Assembly: GCF_009914755.1 (NCBI RefSeq)
Contig: NC_060926.1
Length of the DNA: 64,000 nt
Source: the human T2T-CHM13v2.0 reference genome, Homo sapiens
Reading direction: 5' to 3' (one strand)
Of this stretch, positions 15,629 through 28,222 are shown piece after piece. The position numbers and the translations under genes are program-made. The notes under the pieces were generated by a model. It was not told the DNA's origin and did no database searches. It saw only the letters and a list, made by a program, of their open reading frames with translations. Position 1 is the stretch's first letter. Each line of letters begins with the position of its first letter.

Positions 15629-16469
15629 TTACTAGTCTTATGGAAACTTATAATTTTCTTTTTGGCACTGGGTCTTTTTTGGATAGCTGGTGGTGACTTG
15701 GAGGCTGGCTGCAAGGGGCAGTATTAAATGTAATCTGGTATTATATGCTTTTTTTAAATAAACATGTAACCGTTAAAATTGCATACAATTATTGGAGGCT
15801 ATATAATGGGGTTGGAAAGAGTCCCAGCTCTATGATAATCTGGATTACTGACCTATACAACAACATTTGCAGTTATTATGATTTTTGACCTAATTTGTCA
15901 GAATCTTCATTTTAATTCATTCTGAACATTTTAATGCATGTTTAAATAGAATAATTTTTAAATTGGCATGCCTGTTTTATACAACTCAGCCCAGTATTTT
16001 TCTTTTAGCCAGAATAAATGTTGAATGATTCCTTCCTTTTAGTGATTCTTTCTGATACAGTTTCTCCTAATATGTGATGCCCTCTAGTGAATTCAGCCTT
16101 TCAGAAATATTTTGAGAAGCAAGATTTTGAGAAGATTTCAGTATAATGAAATCTCAAGGAACATTCTAATAATTAGAACTATTCCTTTATGCTTTGTTGA
16201 GATGCAGGTTTCTCTCTCTATAAGTGTTCAAGTGAAGATTTGATAATCCACTATGAGTCTTATTTTTGAATAGAGTGAAACTTTTCCAGATGACTTCTAA
16301 AGTCTTCTTCAGCTTCATGGTTCTAGCTTCCATATAAACCAGTAGTCGTCAGCCAATAAATATTGAACATTCACTGGACCTTAAGCACTGTCCTGGGGCA
16401 TTGTGAAGGTTCCAAAGGTAGTATAGGTCATAGATGTGATTTCAAGTAACTAATGCATCAAGAGGATGA

Positions 16470-16665
16470 AATAAAGTAGCTAACCTTTATTGAAGATTTA
16501 CTCTGTTCCTGGAGCTGCTGAAGACAGTTTACTTTGTCATTTAATCCTCACAATAGTCTTTAAGTAGCTACCACTTTTAGTCCAATTTATTTGTGTAGAT
16601 ATTGGGACCCAGAGAGGTTAAATAATTTGCCCAGGGTCACACAGTAAGTGTTGGAACCAGGACCA
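16470..16665 (-). mobile_element. MIR
   Basis: MIR core CATTTAATCCTCACAA…CCCAGAGAGGTTAAATAATTTGCCCAGGGTCACACAG. Confidence 0.7.
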
Positions 16666-16687
16666 GTTTATGTAAAATAATAGTGGG

Positions 16688-17148
16688 TAGGAGGTGAATG
16701 GCAGGACAGCAATCAAAGTTTCATCTGTCTTTACAGCCACTCCACATCACTTGAATTATCTCCTGATTTCCACCTCTGCTCAGATCCGCCACTGCATTCG
16801 ATTCTTACAGGAACGCAGGCCCTATAACTGTGCTTGCAGGGGATCTAGGTTGCATGTTCCTTAGGAGAATCTAATGCCTGATGATCTGTCACTGTCTCCT
16901 ATCATCCCCAGATAGGACCATCTAGTCTCAGGAAAACAAGCTCAGAACGCTCGCCGATTCTACCATTATGGTGAGTTGTATAATTATTTCATTATATATT
17001 ACAGTGTAGTAGTAATAGTGGAAATAAAGTACGCAATAAATGTAATGTGCTTGAATCCTGAAACCACCCCTTCCCCTGCCCCTGCCATCCATGGAAAAAT
17101 CGTCTTCTATGAAACCAGTTCCTGGTGCCAAAAAGGCTGGGGACTGCT
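16688..17148 (+). mobile_element. MER1A (hAT-Charlie), 5'-truncated
   Basis: AGGAGGTGA…TTCATCTGTCTTTACAGCC…GGATCTAGGTTGC…GAGAATCTAATGCCTGATGATCTGTCACTG…CCTGGTGCCAAAAAGGCTGGGGACTGCTG. Confidence 0.9.
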
Positions 17149-18866
17149 GGCTTACAGGCTGTCAGCTCTCTGAGGGTGTATTTAGTTGTCTGTATTAAGC
17201 TAGCTCAAATTACTTTTGGATACCTCTTTACACTGTCATACTTAAGTGTGTGATTCTCTTATTAGCTTCAGTCACAGAAGTGATAGTTAATAATTTGTAC
17301 ATAAGTTTTGCAGTTCATTTTAATTTTTGGCCCATAAGGTATTTTACTTACTCTAAAGACTTACTTGATAGAATGACACAATCTTACCTTCTTTTTTCTT
17401 TAAAGCATCCATTCTTTGATGTTTAGTGAATCAACGCTTGTTCCTGTGCCTAAGAATCCTTTGAGGGCATTTATGACTTGTAGGTTTCTTTTGATTTTCA
17501 GAGACATTTACCACCCTCTTTATTGGATTTTAAGGCTAGGATAGCTGTTGTCCTTTTTGTTTTTATCACCTAGACTAAATAGAAATCGATTTCTCCATTT
17601 GTAGGTAAATTAATTTCATCAAATTAGAGCTAGCCTTTTGATGCCTTGGATTGTACCTGTTTGTGGTGTATTCAGGTTAGTGCTTGTTGTTTGGAGAAAA
17701 TATGGAATACATCTTCGGTCTAATTACTGGAAAGATAATGTGAGCCTTAAAGAAGAAAGGAATATTATATTGTGATATATAAGGTAGGTCATTCTCATTT
17801 CTGGATACTTGTTTGGTGTCCATTTATGAAATGGTTTGTTTGCTCCAAAGTATCTGTATATAGCCTCTAACTGGTATACAACTAAGTCACAGATTGTGAC
17901 CCTAATGGCCTGAGCACCCCTTAGGCTTCATCTCTCCCTGATTTCACTTCTGCGCATACCTAAAGACTTGATGTTATCAACATATCACTTTATCTTTCCA
18001 TTTAGGCTATCCCTGAGTAATGAGAAGGAATGTGAGAAGAAATTAAATTGGAGGCTTTCCTAGTGAAAGGAGAGACACTCAGAGGTGGCCAGCCTAGGAT
18101 TTTAAGAAGTCTAGAAAGATTGAGCAGGGCTCCCGAGAAGAATATTTTAATGAAAGTAGGAGGTTAGAAAAATCCTACCTGACTCTGTGCCCGTTTTGGT
18201 AAAAACAGAACAACTTTTTAAGACTTCTTGAAATTTTACGATTTTCCTTCTGTTTTTCTAATTTCTCTCTCTCCCCCCTGAAAGTTTTTCTAGCAGTGAA
18301 AAATCTCAAAGATTTACTTAAGGGATAGGAATTAAGGAATTTTGTGGTCTGAATTCTGTGGCCCAGGATTTGGGAACGTAAAGTCAAAAGTGTTAGTGAG
18401 GGATTAAAAAAAAAAAAAAAAAAAGGCATAAGCCAGTTACAGAAGCATTTGGAACTGGGCCTCCCACAGTTTATGAGTTAACACGAGATTGGGGTGTTAG
18501 GAGATAGTTTTATAAATCATTATTTGAAGTTAAGCATTTATTCATAATGGTTAAAGACTGTGTTGTTATTAGTGCTATTTTCAGGTACATTTTTGTGAAG
18601 TTGGCTTTTGTAGGCTGACGTGAAAACCTGATCACTTTTTATAACATAATTTTTGTGGGAAAATGCATTCTGAATTCCAAACAGCTGATTTAAATGCAGA
18701 GTTTTAGCATGCTACCTGCTCATAAGTTGGGACTGTTTTCTCTGTTCATATTCTGGTAGAATTCCCAATTTGGTACATTTCTAATCTGGGAAACAAAATT
18801 TTATTTGACTGTAGATGAGGTAAATCTCTATAGAATAGTTATATGTGTAAAAATAAGTTACTTCTT

Positions 18867-19000
18867 AGCTGAGTGTAGTGGTGTGTGCCTATAGTCCTAG
18901 TACTTAGGAGGCTGAGACGGGAGGATCACTTGAGCCCAGGAGCAGTAAGCCATGATTGTGCCACTGCACTCCAGTCTGGATGACAGAATGAGAACCTGTC
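18867..19000 (+). mobile_element. Alu monomer (FRAM/FLAM-type)
   Basis: GGAGGCTGAGACGGGAGGATCACTTGAGCCCAGGAG…CCACTGCACTCCAG. Confidence 0.8.
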
Positions 19001-19052
19001 AATAAATAAATAAATAGATAGATAGGTAGGTAGGTAGGTAGGTAGGTAGATA
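19001..19052 (+). repeat. Compound tetranucleotide STR (TAAA)n(TAGA)n(TAGG)6 derived from the Alu tail
   Basis: Read directly from the sequence. Confidence 0.9.
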
Positions 19053-19339
19053 CATAAATTTAAAAAACCAAACATAGACACACATAAACAAATGAAGTAA
19101 CTTTCATAACCAGAAACTACAGTAATCTTTGGCATAGTATTTGTAACTTAAGACTTGGTTTTGTATTGTCCAAGATTTTTTAAGATCTTTAGGTTAAGAT
19201 TCAGATGGACTTGCTGACTTGTGTTACATTGTAAAAGGGGAATCAAGCCTCCTGGGATATACTTGGGTTGCCCAATTGCTGTGTTTCTTTAAGTATTTTT
19301 TTCCCTTTTTAGGGCCTTTGTTTCTTCATCTACAAAATA

Positions 19340-20110
19340 AGAATGTTCATAATGGCATTATTCATATAGCTCAAACTTGAAAAATACACAGATGTCAGAC
19401 AGAATAGATGAATACATTTTGGGATATTTATACAGTGAAATACCGTACAGCAATGAGCAAGAAGAAACAATTGTGGCACTTACTTATTTGGGTGAATCTC
19501 ACAGACATGTTGAATAAAAGCAGCCAGATGCAGTAGAGTATATACTTGTTTTTTGTTTTTTATTTTCTTTGGTTTTTTTTTTGGGACAGGGTCTCATTCA
19601 GTCATCCAGGCTGGACTACAGTGGTGTGATCATAGCTCTCTGCAGCTTCCAACTTTGGGGTTCAAGTGATCCTCCTGCCTCAGCCTCCCAAGTAGTTGGG
19701 ACCACAGGCTCATGTCGCCATCCCCATCTGTGGAGGATTGCTCAAGCTATCCTCCCATTTTTGTAGAGGTGGGATCTCAGCATGTTACCCAGGCTGGTCT
19801 AGAACTCCTGGACTCAAGCAGTCCCTCTGCCTCAGCCTCGCAAAGTGCTGAGATTATAGGTGTGAGCCACCATGCCTGGCTGTGTATATGTTTGTTAATT
19901 CCATTTAGATAAAAGACAGGTAAGACTACTGATGGTCATAGAATTCAGAATTGTGGTTACCAGTGGAGTAGTTAATTATTGGGAAGGGACATGCATGAAG
20001 GAGGCTTCTGGGTTGCAGGCAATACTCTGTCTCGATCTGGATACTAACTTTGTAAAAAATTTATTAAGTCATATACTTAGGATTTGTGTATTTTACTGAA
20101 CACTACAGTT
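19340..20110 (+). mobile_element. Old L1 (L1ME-like) 3' end, interrupted by an antisense AluJ at ~19548-19880
   Basis: GAATGTTCATAATGGCATTATTCA…GGGTGAATCTCACAGACATGTTGAA…CATGAAGGAGGCTTCTGGGTTGC; the Alu dimer lies inside it. Confidence 0.7.
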
Positions 20111-20549
20111 TTAAGAAGGCTGAAAGTATGTACCAAAACGAAACACAAAAAAGAAAAAAGTAAAAGAAACAAAAGATTGACTGGATTGGGAGCCAGGAAA
20201 ACTGAGTTCGGACCTCAGCTCCACCACTGAACATCTGTGATTTTAGGTAACTCATTGACCTCTTTGCCTTAGTGATTGTATCTCTAAAATGGAAATAATC
20301 CCTGCCTTCTGTATTTCAATCAGGTTAAACACTTTCATCCTTTTATACTGTATCTCATTACATCATAGAGATAAACCTTTGAAAACACATTGGAGGCTAT
20401 TTAAAATATTGTGGATGTAAAATGACATTATTTTCCTGTTAATACTTTTATATTTGTTGTATTAGTATTCTGTTTAATAAAAAGGACCCCATATAAAAGT
20501 AGCAAAAGGGCCAAAGACTGATCAGCTGAACGACATTTGTTACACTTAC

Positions 20550-20829
20550 TTTTTTTCTTTTTTCCAGACAGGGGCTTGCTCTTTTGTCCAGGGTGGAGTG
20601 CAGTGGCTCGATCTTGGATAGCTCAAGCTGTCCTCCCACCTCAGCCTCCTGAGTAGCTGGGACTACAGGTGTACACCACCATGCTCGGCTAATTTTTATA
20701 TTTTTTCTTTGTAGAAATGGGGTTTTGCCATGTTACCCAGGCTGGTCTCCAACTTCTGAGTTCAAGTAATCTACCTGCCTTGGCTTCCCAAAGTGCTGGG
20801 ATTACAGGTTTGAGCCACTGCGCCTGGCC
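20550..20829 (-). mobile_element. AluJ with internal deletion
   Basis: Alu dimer ending GAGCCACTGCGCCTGGCC. Confidence 0.85.
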
Positions 20830-20940
20830 TATACTAGCTTTTGAATTCCTGGAAAAAATATAAAATGACAGTATCAATTTATCTGACTTTTTCTCTTTTT
20901 TATATTAAGCCCTCCATCAAGTAGAAATTGAGCTCTTTCA

Positions 20941-21098
20941 TGCAGGGTATGATGCTTCATGCTTGTAATTCCACCTCTTTGGGAGGCCTAGGCGAGGGGA
21001 TCAATTGAGGCCTGGAGTTCAAGGCTGCAGTGAGGTGTGATCCCATCATTGCAGTTTTAGCCTGGGCAATAGAGTGAGACTGTTTCTGGGGTTGGGGA
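20941..21098 (+). mobile_element. Free Alu monomer (FAM/FRAM-like) with TSD
   Basis: GGAGTTCAAGGCTGCAGTGAG…; flanking repeat AAATT(C)GAGCTCTTTCA at 20925-20940 and 21099-21115. Confidence 0.75.
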
Positions 21099-21114
21099 AA
21101 ATTCGAGCTCTTTC

Positions 21115-22110
21115 AAAGTGTGCTGGGGTTTTTTGCTGAGGATATAATAGTGCACAATATCAATATGGTCCTTACAACTACAGAACTATAGAACTAAGAT
21201 TCTAGAGGGAATGACAGGTGGAAAACCAGGAAACAGACAAATGAATAAACAACTGCTGGCTGTAATGAGAGCCATAAACGAAGCACTCAGGACTGAGACA
21301 AAATCACTATTGAGGGGAACTTGCTTTAAGTAGTGGTCAGCCTTAGAGCTTGTTTAAGGAGTTGACATTAAGCTGACACCTAAAACCTAAAGGAAGAAAC
21401 AGAGGTAGTGAAACAAAGTCTGAGAAGGTAGCCTGGACAGTTTGCACTAAGCCTTGAGGTGGGATGTGGCCTGTTGGGGAACCTGGCAGAAGAGGTTAGT
21501 TAGCACAGAGGTAGAAGGGGAGTGGTAATTCGATTTTTACTCTAGGCTCAATGGAAAGCCGTTAAAGGCTTTTAAACTGGGAAATTATGTAACTGGATTT
21601 ACATTGTAAGATTACACGCAAGTGTTAGGTAAGTAGATGAACCTGTGGGTCGGTCTGCAGCTAAGATAATGTGTTGGAGATATTTTGGTAATATCAGCAT
21701 AAAGATAGCACAAAGGAAGAGGGAGGAGGAAAAGGATAGAGAGAAGACAACTGATGGCTGAGTGATAGGAAGCCTCAGCATTTAGAGGTCTGGTAGAGGA
21801 GGGGGAGCCAACCAAGCCAACTAGGAGAGAAGGATCACCGATGTCAGAAGAAAACCTGGAGAGTGTTGTCACAAAAGCCAAGAGAGGCTAGCATTTCAAG
21901 GAGGAAGTGGCCATGCGTGTGGAATGCTGCCAAGAGGGTAGAGTAAAATGAGGACAGAGAAGTAGCTATTGGATGTGGCTACATGAAAGTGGACTTTTTT
22001 GCCAAAGTGGTTTCAGTGGAATGGTAGAGGCAGAAAGCTGACTGAAGAGGGAAGTTGATTGAGGAGGGAATGGGAAGTGAGGAAGCAGAGACCGTGTATG
22101 TAGTTAATGA
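21115..22110 (-). mobile_element. L2 remnant
   Basis: Purine-rich L2-like text (GATTTTTACTCTAGG…AATGGAAAGCC…, GTGGTTTCAGTGGAATGGTAGAGGCAGAAAGC…GGAGGGAATGGGAAGTGAGGAAG). Confidence 0.6.
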
Positions 22111-23014
22111 TTCATTTCTCTGGGCAATCAGTTTAGATGTATACTTTGCTACCCCAGAGTATTCGAGGAGTCTTAAAAACCCATTCAGTAAGCCTAGGGG
22201 TTTGCATTATCCATAAATGGCTGTAGGAACTTAGTATTGGCCTTTGACTTCCAATAATTTTTCTTTGATTAGCATTTAATTGTTAATTTGAGAGATTCTG
22301 AATTTTGTAGGAGGCTTCCATGTATAGTAAAGCTGAGTATTCAATCTGTTAACTTCTAGAGAACTAGTATTATAAATAAATTGAAACTTGGATTATTTAC
22401 CTTTTCAGGGAAGTAATTATAAGCCTTGAAAGTTATGCAAAAACTATTTCATCTTAAAACACTTAGAAATTCATTTTGGTTTTTGTGATTACAGTGTTCA
22501 GTAAGACAGACATCTAAATAGGGATTGCATTTGGCAGTTATGTACATGTTCTTGTTCTAAACTAAGCACTGTTTCTGTGGTTTACATTTTTCCTTTATAA
22601 ATAGAATTTTAATCAGTGTAGGTTAGATTTTTTTTCCAGGCATGTTATAATTAGCACTGGCTACAACTTAATCCTAAAATGTGTATAATAAATCTAATAA
22701 TATTTTATAAGCACTCCTGCCATTAAATGAAAGCAGATAGGAATTATTTGAATATTTTAAAAAATCTCTAGTATATATCTTTCCAAAACTGTGTGGAAAG
22801 AATGTATGGCTATTTAAAAGAAAAAAGTTAATACGTAACTTCCTTGGTCTTGTCACTGAGAATGATGTTACTTATATTTTGGAGCCACATGGTCTTATAT
22901 GCCGTGACAGCTCATTCATATATTCTTTTGAATATGCTGTGTAGTAATGTAGTTACTGGAAGATAAAGCATTGCTGTAGGATCTACTTTCCAAATGTGAT
23001 ATGTCTGCCAATTT

Positions 23015-23140
23015 AGGCCCAGTGCTTTAGGAGGCTGAGGCAGGAGTATCGCTTGAGGCTAGTAGTTCGATTAAGAGCAGCCTGGTCAACATTGTGAAAC
23101 CCTGTCCCTATTAAAAAAAAAAAAAGCAAAACCCAAACAA
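23015..23140 (+). mobile_element. FLAM monomer
   Basis: CCCAGTGCTTTAGGAGGCTGAGGCAGGAG…AGCCTGGTCAACAT plus an A-tail. Confidence 0.75.
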
Positions 23141-23254
23141 ACCTAAGGACAAGCAGTTTGGATTACAGGAAATTGTTTAGTAGTATGGTTAAGAAGCACC
23201 CTCTCTGGAGTAAGATACACTTGGGGTCCAGTCTCAGCTTTTTAGAATCTTAGA

Positions 23255-23715
23255 TCATCAAAAGCAAGGAAAGTCGGAGAAACTGTCATGGCCAAGAGGA
23301 GCCAAGGGAGACATGATGGCTAAATGTAATGTGGTATTCTAATGGAACCCTGGTGCAGAAGAACATGAGATAAAAACTAAGCAAATTTAAATAAATTTGG
23401 ACTTTAGTTAATACAAATGTAATATTGCTTCATTAGTTGTGACAAATGTATCTACTAACATAAGACATTAATATTAGGGGAAACTGAGCATAGAGTGTAT
23501 GGAAATTCTGTCCTATCATCACAATTTTAAAACTACTCTAGGCCAAGCACAGTGGCTCACACCTCTAATCCCAGCACTTCAGGAGGCTGAGGTTGGGGGG
23601 ATCACTTGAGCCCAGGAGTTCGAGACCAGCTTAGGCAACATAGGGATACCCTGTCTCTATAAAAATAAAATAAATAAAATTAAAACTACTCCAAAGTAAA
23701 AAAGTTTATTAAGAA
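23255..23715 (+). mobile_element. L1MC-like 3' end containing a FLAM_C (23541-23680, TSD TAAAACTACTC), nested in a MIR
   Basis: GGAGACATGATGGCTAAATGTAATGTGGTATTCT…GGACTTTAGTTAATA; MIR pieces flank it at ~23165-23240 and ~23760-23940. Confidence 0.65.
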
Positions 23716-25234
23716 AAAGAATGTATTTTTATAACCATCTTTAGAAAATACAACCTGCCACGCTTAGTAACTCTGATTATATGATTCAACCTTAGTAGAT
23801 CTCACTGTCTTTATCTTTAAAGTGAGGATATAATGTGTCTACCTCCATAGGGTTGTTCTGAGGATTTAATGAAGCACTGCAAGCAAAAGGGCCTGGCAAA
23901 GTGTCTGGCATAGTGAATGCTCAACAAATGCTACTAGTGATGATGAAAACTCATCTTTAATTTTTTTTTAATGTCTGCATAAGCAAACCCACATTCATAC
24001 ATTTTGGTTGAGCTATAAGAGATCTGGCATTGCAAACCAGACCCAGTTTAGGGCCTAGACCTACCATATCCATTTCCAGTTGTCTTAACTTGTATTTAAA
24101 ACTAAAACTCCTACTGGATTTTAAAGGCAATTCTACTTTATTCTCAAGCCTTAAATTTTATGGGCAGCATAGTGAATGGGAACGAGTACTGAACAGGAAT
24201 TAGGAGACCTGACTTTTAGGCCCCAGTTTGCCACTAAATAGTTCAGTGATTTGGGGCATTTTTTTTTACCTTTTAGAAACTTCATTTTCTTGTTAGTAAA
24301 ATGAGAATGTTGAACTGGATCCTATTTATTTGTGAAATTGAGTTATATTGATATCTAAGTGAGAAATGTGCTTCAGAGCAGTCACCTTAGAGGTTTTGTC
24401 TTCCCAGGTGGCCTCCCAGGAAAATTAGTCTATTACCCATGTTTACATCTGATTTTGGACCAAATATAGATGGCCCTGCTTGCTGATCCATCATATTCTC
24501 TGTATTAGGCCCCATGAGACTCTTTAATTGCTTCAAAAACTCAAATTCGCTTTCAAAGTTTGGAGATTTGTTACCATTCATTGAGGATAATTAATAGAAT
24601 GTGCTAAAGGTTCTGCAGGGATTTCCCATAAAGGAGTTCTAAAAATATTATAAGTATTGACAGCATTATGGGAATAAGTATTGTGGCCTTCCCAAATCAG
24701 TCATTTTGAAAGCCACAGGGCTCTTTTGGAAATAATTCTGGTATTATTATTATTTTTTAGTGTATTAACTCGTTGTACCATGTGATTCTAGTTTTGAGAC
24801 TTTTAAATTTTGGGGGTTTTCTCAGTTTCATTATAACTTCCTGGCTTTGCGTTTAACCAATGTTATTTTATTGTAATTTTAAGATAATAGCACTAGAAAA
24901 GTACTGTGGGCAAGAGCTATGTTGTGCAGAATAAAATCTCTAATGCAGATCTAGTTTCTGTTTCTTTGTCCAGAGCTTAGAGGAAAGCTTGGCCACACAT
25001 TCTATAAATGTTAGCCATCAAATTTTAATATGACTAGAACTATTATGATCAGTGTTTAACTGTATGTACATTTGAGAGTGTAACATTCAGTAACATTTGA
25101 CAGTTTTAAAAAAGTGATTTCATTTTAAAATAAGTTGAACTATTTATCAAATATTTCATTTTCCATATGTGTTTTAAATTGAATTTCAGTGACCTAAAAT
25201 TCTGTTTGTAGAAATAACTTTGCACATCTTTTAC

Positions 25235-25290
25235 TATGGTATGATATGTTATGGTATGCTATGGTATGGTATGGTATGGTATGGTATATG
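25235..25290 (+). repeat. (TATGG)n pentanucleotide microsatellite
   Basis: CTATGGTATGATATGTTATGGTATGCTATGGTATGGTATGGTATGGTATGGTAT. Confidence 0.9.
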
Positions 25291-26929
25291 TGTGTTAAAT
25301 TTTTTAAAAACAGTAACTCACTTAAGCAGAAGGTTTATTAAACCCTGACTAATTAAATTATCCAAACATTAACAGACTGCTATATGGTACTAATACTGGT
25401 TTTTGTAATATTGTTAAGTCACTTAGTGTGATCTTTCACCAGTGAATAATTGCATATTTTCCATGGAAAGCATTGTGATAAGAGATATATACTACTATTA
25501 GAAACCATTAACTTTAGGAATTATCAGCAGATGTTTTCCATGCATGGTTGGCTTCATTTGGTTTGGTCCCCGCTTAGCTGAATAGTTTTAAGCTGACTAG
25601 AAAGATATATAGCTAACGTTTACATGACGTATTTGGAACTTAATGAAGCACTACACTAGGCTTCCAGTTAATGGAATTTGTACCGTTTTAATTTTTTGGA
25701 CAGCTTTTTTCTCTATTTTTAAGGCAGTATCGTGCAATGTCATCTTTTTCAATACTTGCCATTAGTGGTGTGTAAGGAAGAAAGGTTGAACAAGTGATTT
25801 TTTTTATAGAACTATGATTTTATTAGAGGTTAGGAATTAACTTTGTCTTAAATTCACGTTTCCATTGTCATAAATAGTTGCTCTTAAGTGTTCTTTTTGT
25901 TTAAGATTTAAATTTAACACTTTTATTCCAAATAAAATTTATTTTTATCTCATAGTTGAATGATGACATTTGAATTTCTCTAGCAAAAAGAGCACTTTAC
26001 TTTCTTCATTGCTGTATTTAATGGTAACTAAACATTTTCCTCTGTAACCTATAGTAAATAGGAAAATAGTAGATTATGCCATTTTTAGGTGAAAAGGAGT
26101 TCCTTTAGGAATGGAACTTTGAATTAATGCTATAGGAACATTTGGATTAATGCTATAGCAGATTGTTTTTTAGCATGCTAATTTACTGCTTTCTTAAACT
26201 CCCTTTTGGGCTTCGTATTTGTCATATATGTTATATGTTTATAGAATAGTTTGAAATTGGGCTCAGAAGAGTCAGATGCCTTTCTACTTCAGCATATATT
26301 TTGAGTATAGTTTATATATGTGGTCTGGTAAGCCTTTCTGCTCACTCCCTGATAACTCTTGTTTTGTATATTTAAACCCTTATGGCTTTTAGGACTAAAT
26401 ATTTTCTAATTTCCAAAGCAATACAGGCTTGTTAGAAAATATTAAACCACTAAAAATACATGATAAACTGGAAAGTGACAGTAAGTCCTCATTGCCTATG
26501 GGATAAAGACTGACTTTGTTATAGTCAGGAAAGAGCATTATCTTAGAAAGAACTTTGGACAGCCTTAACTGACCTGTTAAAAAAATTTAACATAAAAATT
26601 AAAGCATTAAATTTTTATATTATGTTATCACATTATGTGTAAGTTACAGAAGTTGAATTATAACATTTAGCATTATTAACAAGATATGTACTTGTATTTA
26701 TTCTCATTTCATTGTAGAATGGTGGAAAATTTGACATATATTGGGGATTGGTTTTAAGTTTAGCGTTTGAGAACCACTGACCTAACCACCCTTACTCTTC
26801 TCTTGCTGCTCCCCAGAATACAGCCAGACTTGTCCTCTCACTCTTCCAGTGTACTGTTACTTAGCTTTGATTTGCTTGTTTTTGTTCACATGGTTCCCTC
26901 CTTCCCAGTTATGTGCCACCCATCGTTCA

Positions 26930-27305
26930 TTTCAAATCCTCTAGTGGCAGAGACTACCAAATTCCTACCAGAATTTGTTCTTTTCATCCTGAACCTGGAG
27001 CTAGCTAGCTCTTGTGACTGAGTTCTAGCCAATGGAATGTGAGTGGAAAATGATGTGTAGTGTTCCTCCACATTCTTACCTTTCTTGCTGGTTGGATGTG
27101 TACCATGATGTGAAACCAGGGAAATGCAGAGCCACAGTGCAAGCAGCCTAGGTCCCTGAATGACTATGTAAGAGAATTGCCCCACCAATGTGAGCCTTCC
27201 TCCTCCACCCTATGAGTATTACATATGCAAGAAGCAAATTACTGTGTTAAGCCATTATGTGTTTGGTGCTATTGGTTACTTCAGTTCCACCTACTATAAT
27301 AACAC
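26930..27305 (+). mobile_element. Old MLT1 (MLT1H/I/J-like) LTR remnant
   Basis: TGTGACTGAGTTCTAGCCAATGGAATGTGAGTGGAAAATGATGTGT…GCCTAGGTCCCTGAATGACTATG…TGTGTTAAGCCA. Confidence 0.6.
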
Positions 27306-28023
27306 TACTTTCTCTAGGTAGTTCCTGACTATGCTAGTTCACCTAGATTATCATTTTTTCTCCTAAAATTCTATGATATTTACTAGGTATTGTTAACTCA
27401 CATTTTTAAGAAACAAAAACAAAGGCAGAAAAAAAGATGGTATGCATTTAATTTGTACATGTCTTGCTCACATAGATGGTAGACCTTTGGAAGAAAGTGA
27501 CTTTGCCTTATAATTCTTTTGTATTTCCCATGGTACCCAGCTAAGGCACTCAGTAAAGACTTGAAAGAATGCAAAGTTGGGAACCAATCTTTAAAGCATA
27601 GATACTGGAGTCTGCAATGGTGGCAAGTTTAGTTAACTTCATTTATTTTAGTTTTCTCTGGTTGGACGTCCTTCATTATAAAGGAGAAAAATGGTATAGA
27701 AAATCCGTAATTTAATAAATTGAAACAAACATAAAATAGTGACATTTGTAGTAGGGCAGCCATTTCCTTCTTTCCTCTCTCTCCCTTTTTCCCTTCTATA
27801 AACATTAAACTTTTACAGTGTGTCATGTTCTGGGCCCTGGGGGGTACAGCAGTTAATAAAACAAACTAAAATCTGCCTTTCAGAGTTAACAGAAAATAAG
27901 TAAAACATTTGAAATACTAAATACAACCAGTCCTGAGAAAAATAAAGTAGAGGCTTAAGGGTGGGTGGGCAGCAATGTGAGTGGTGCTTGAAGTGTGTTA
28001 AATGGGGATGAGATGTGTTAGGT

Positions 28024-28222
28024 GGAGTTGAAGTGTGTTACATGATGCTGGTGTTGTAATTTAAGTTGTACAGTCAGCAGAGTCCTGTCTGAGAGAGTGA
28101 CTCTTGGGCTAAGTGCTGAACCAGGAGTTGAAGTGTGTTACCTGATGCTGGTGTTATAATTTAAGTTGTACAGTCAGCACAGTCCTGTCTGAGAGAGTGA
28201 CTCTTGGGCCAAGTGCTGAGCC
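28024..28222 (+). repeat. 100-bp tandem duplication (2 copies, ~95% identical)
   Basis: GGAGTTGAAGTGTGTTAC…AAGTGCTGA begins at 28024 and again at 28124. Confidence 0.95.

Noticed and set aside
28024-28222. CRISPR-like or spacer-containing array
   Set aside because: Only two contiguous copies with no spacers, in a eukaryotic context.
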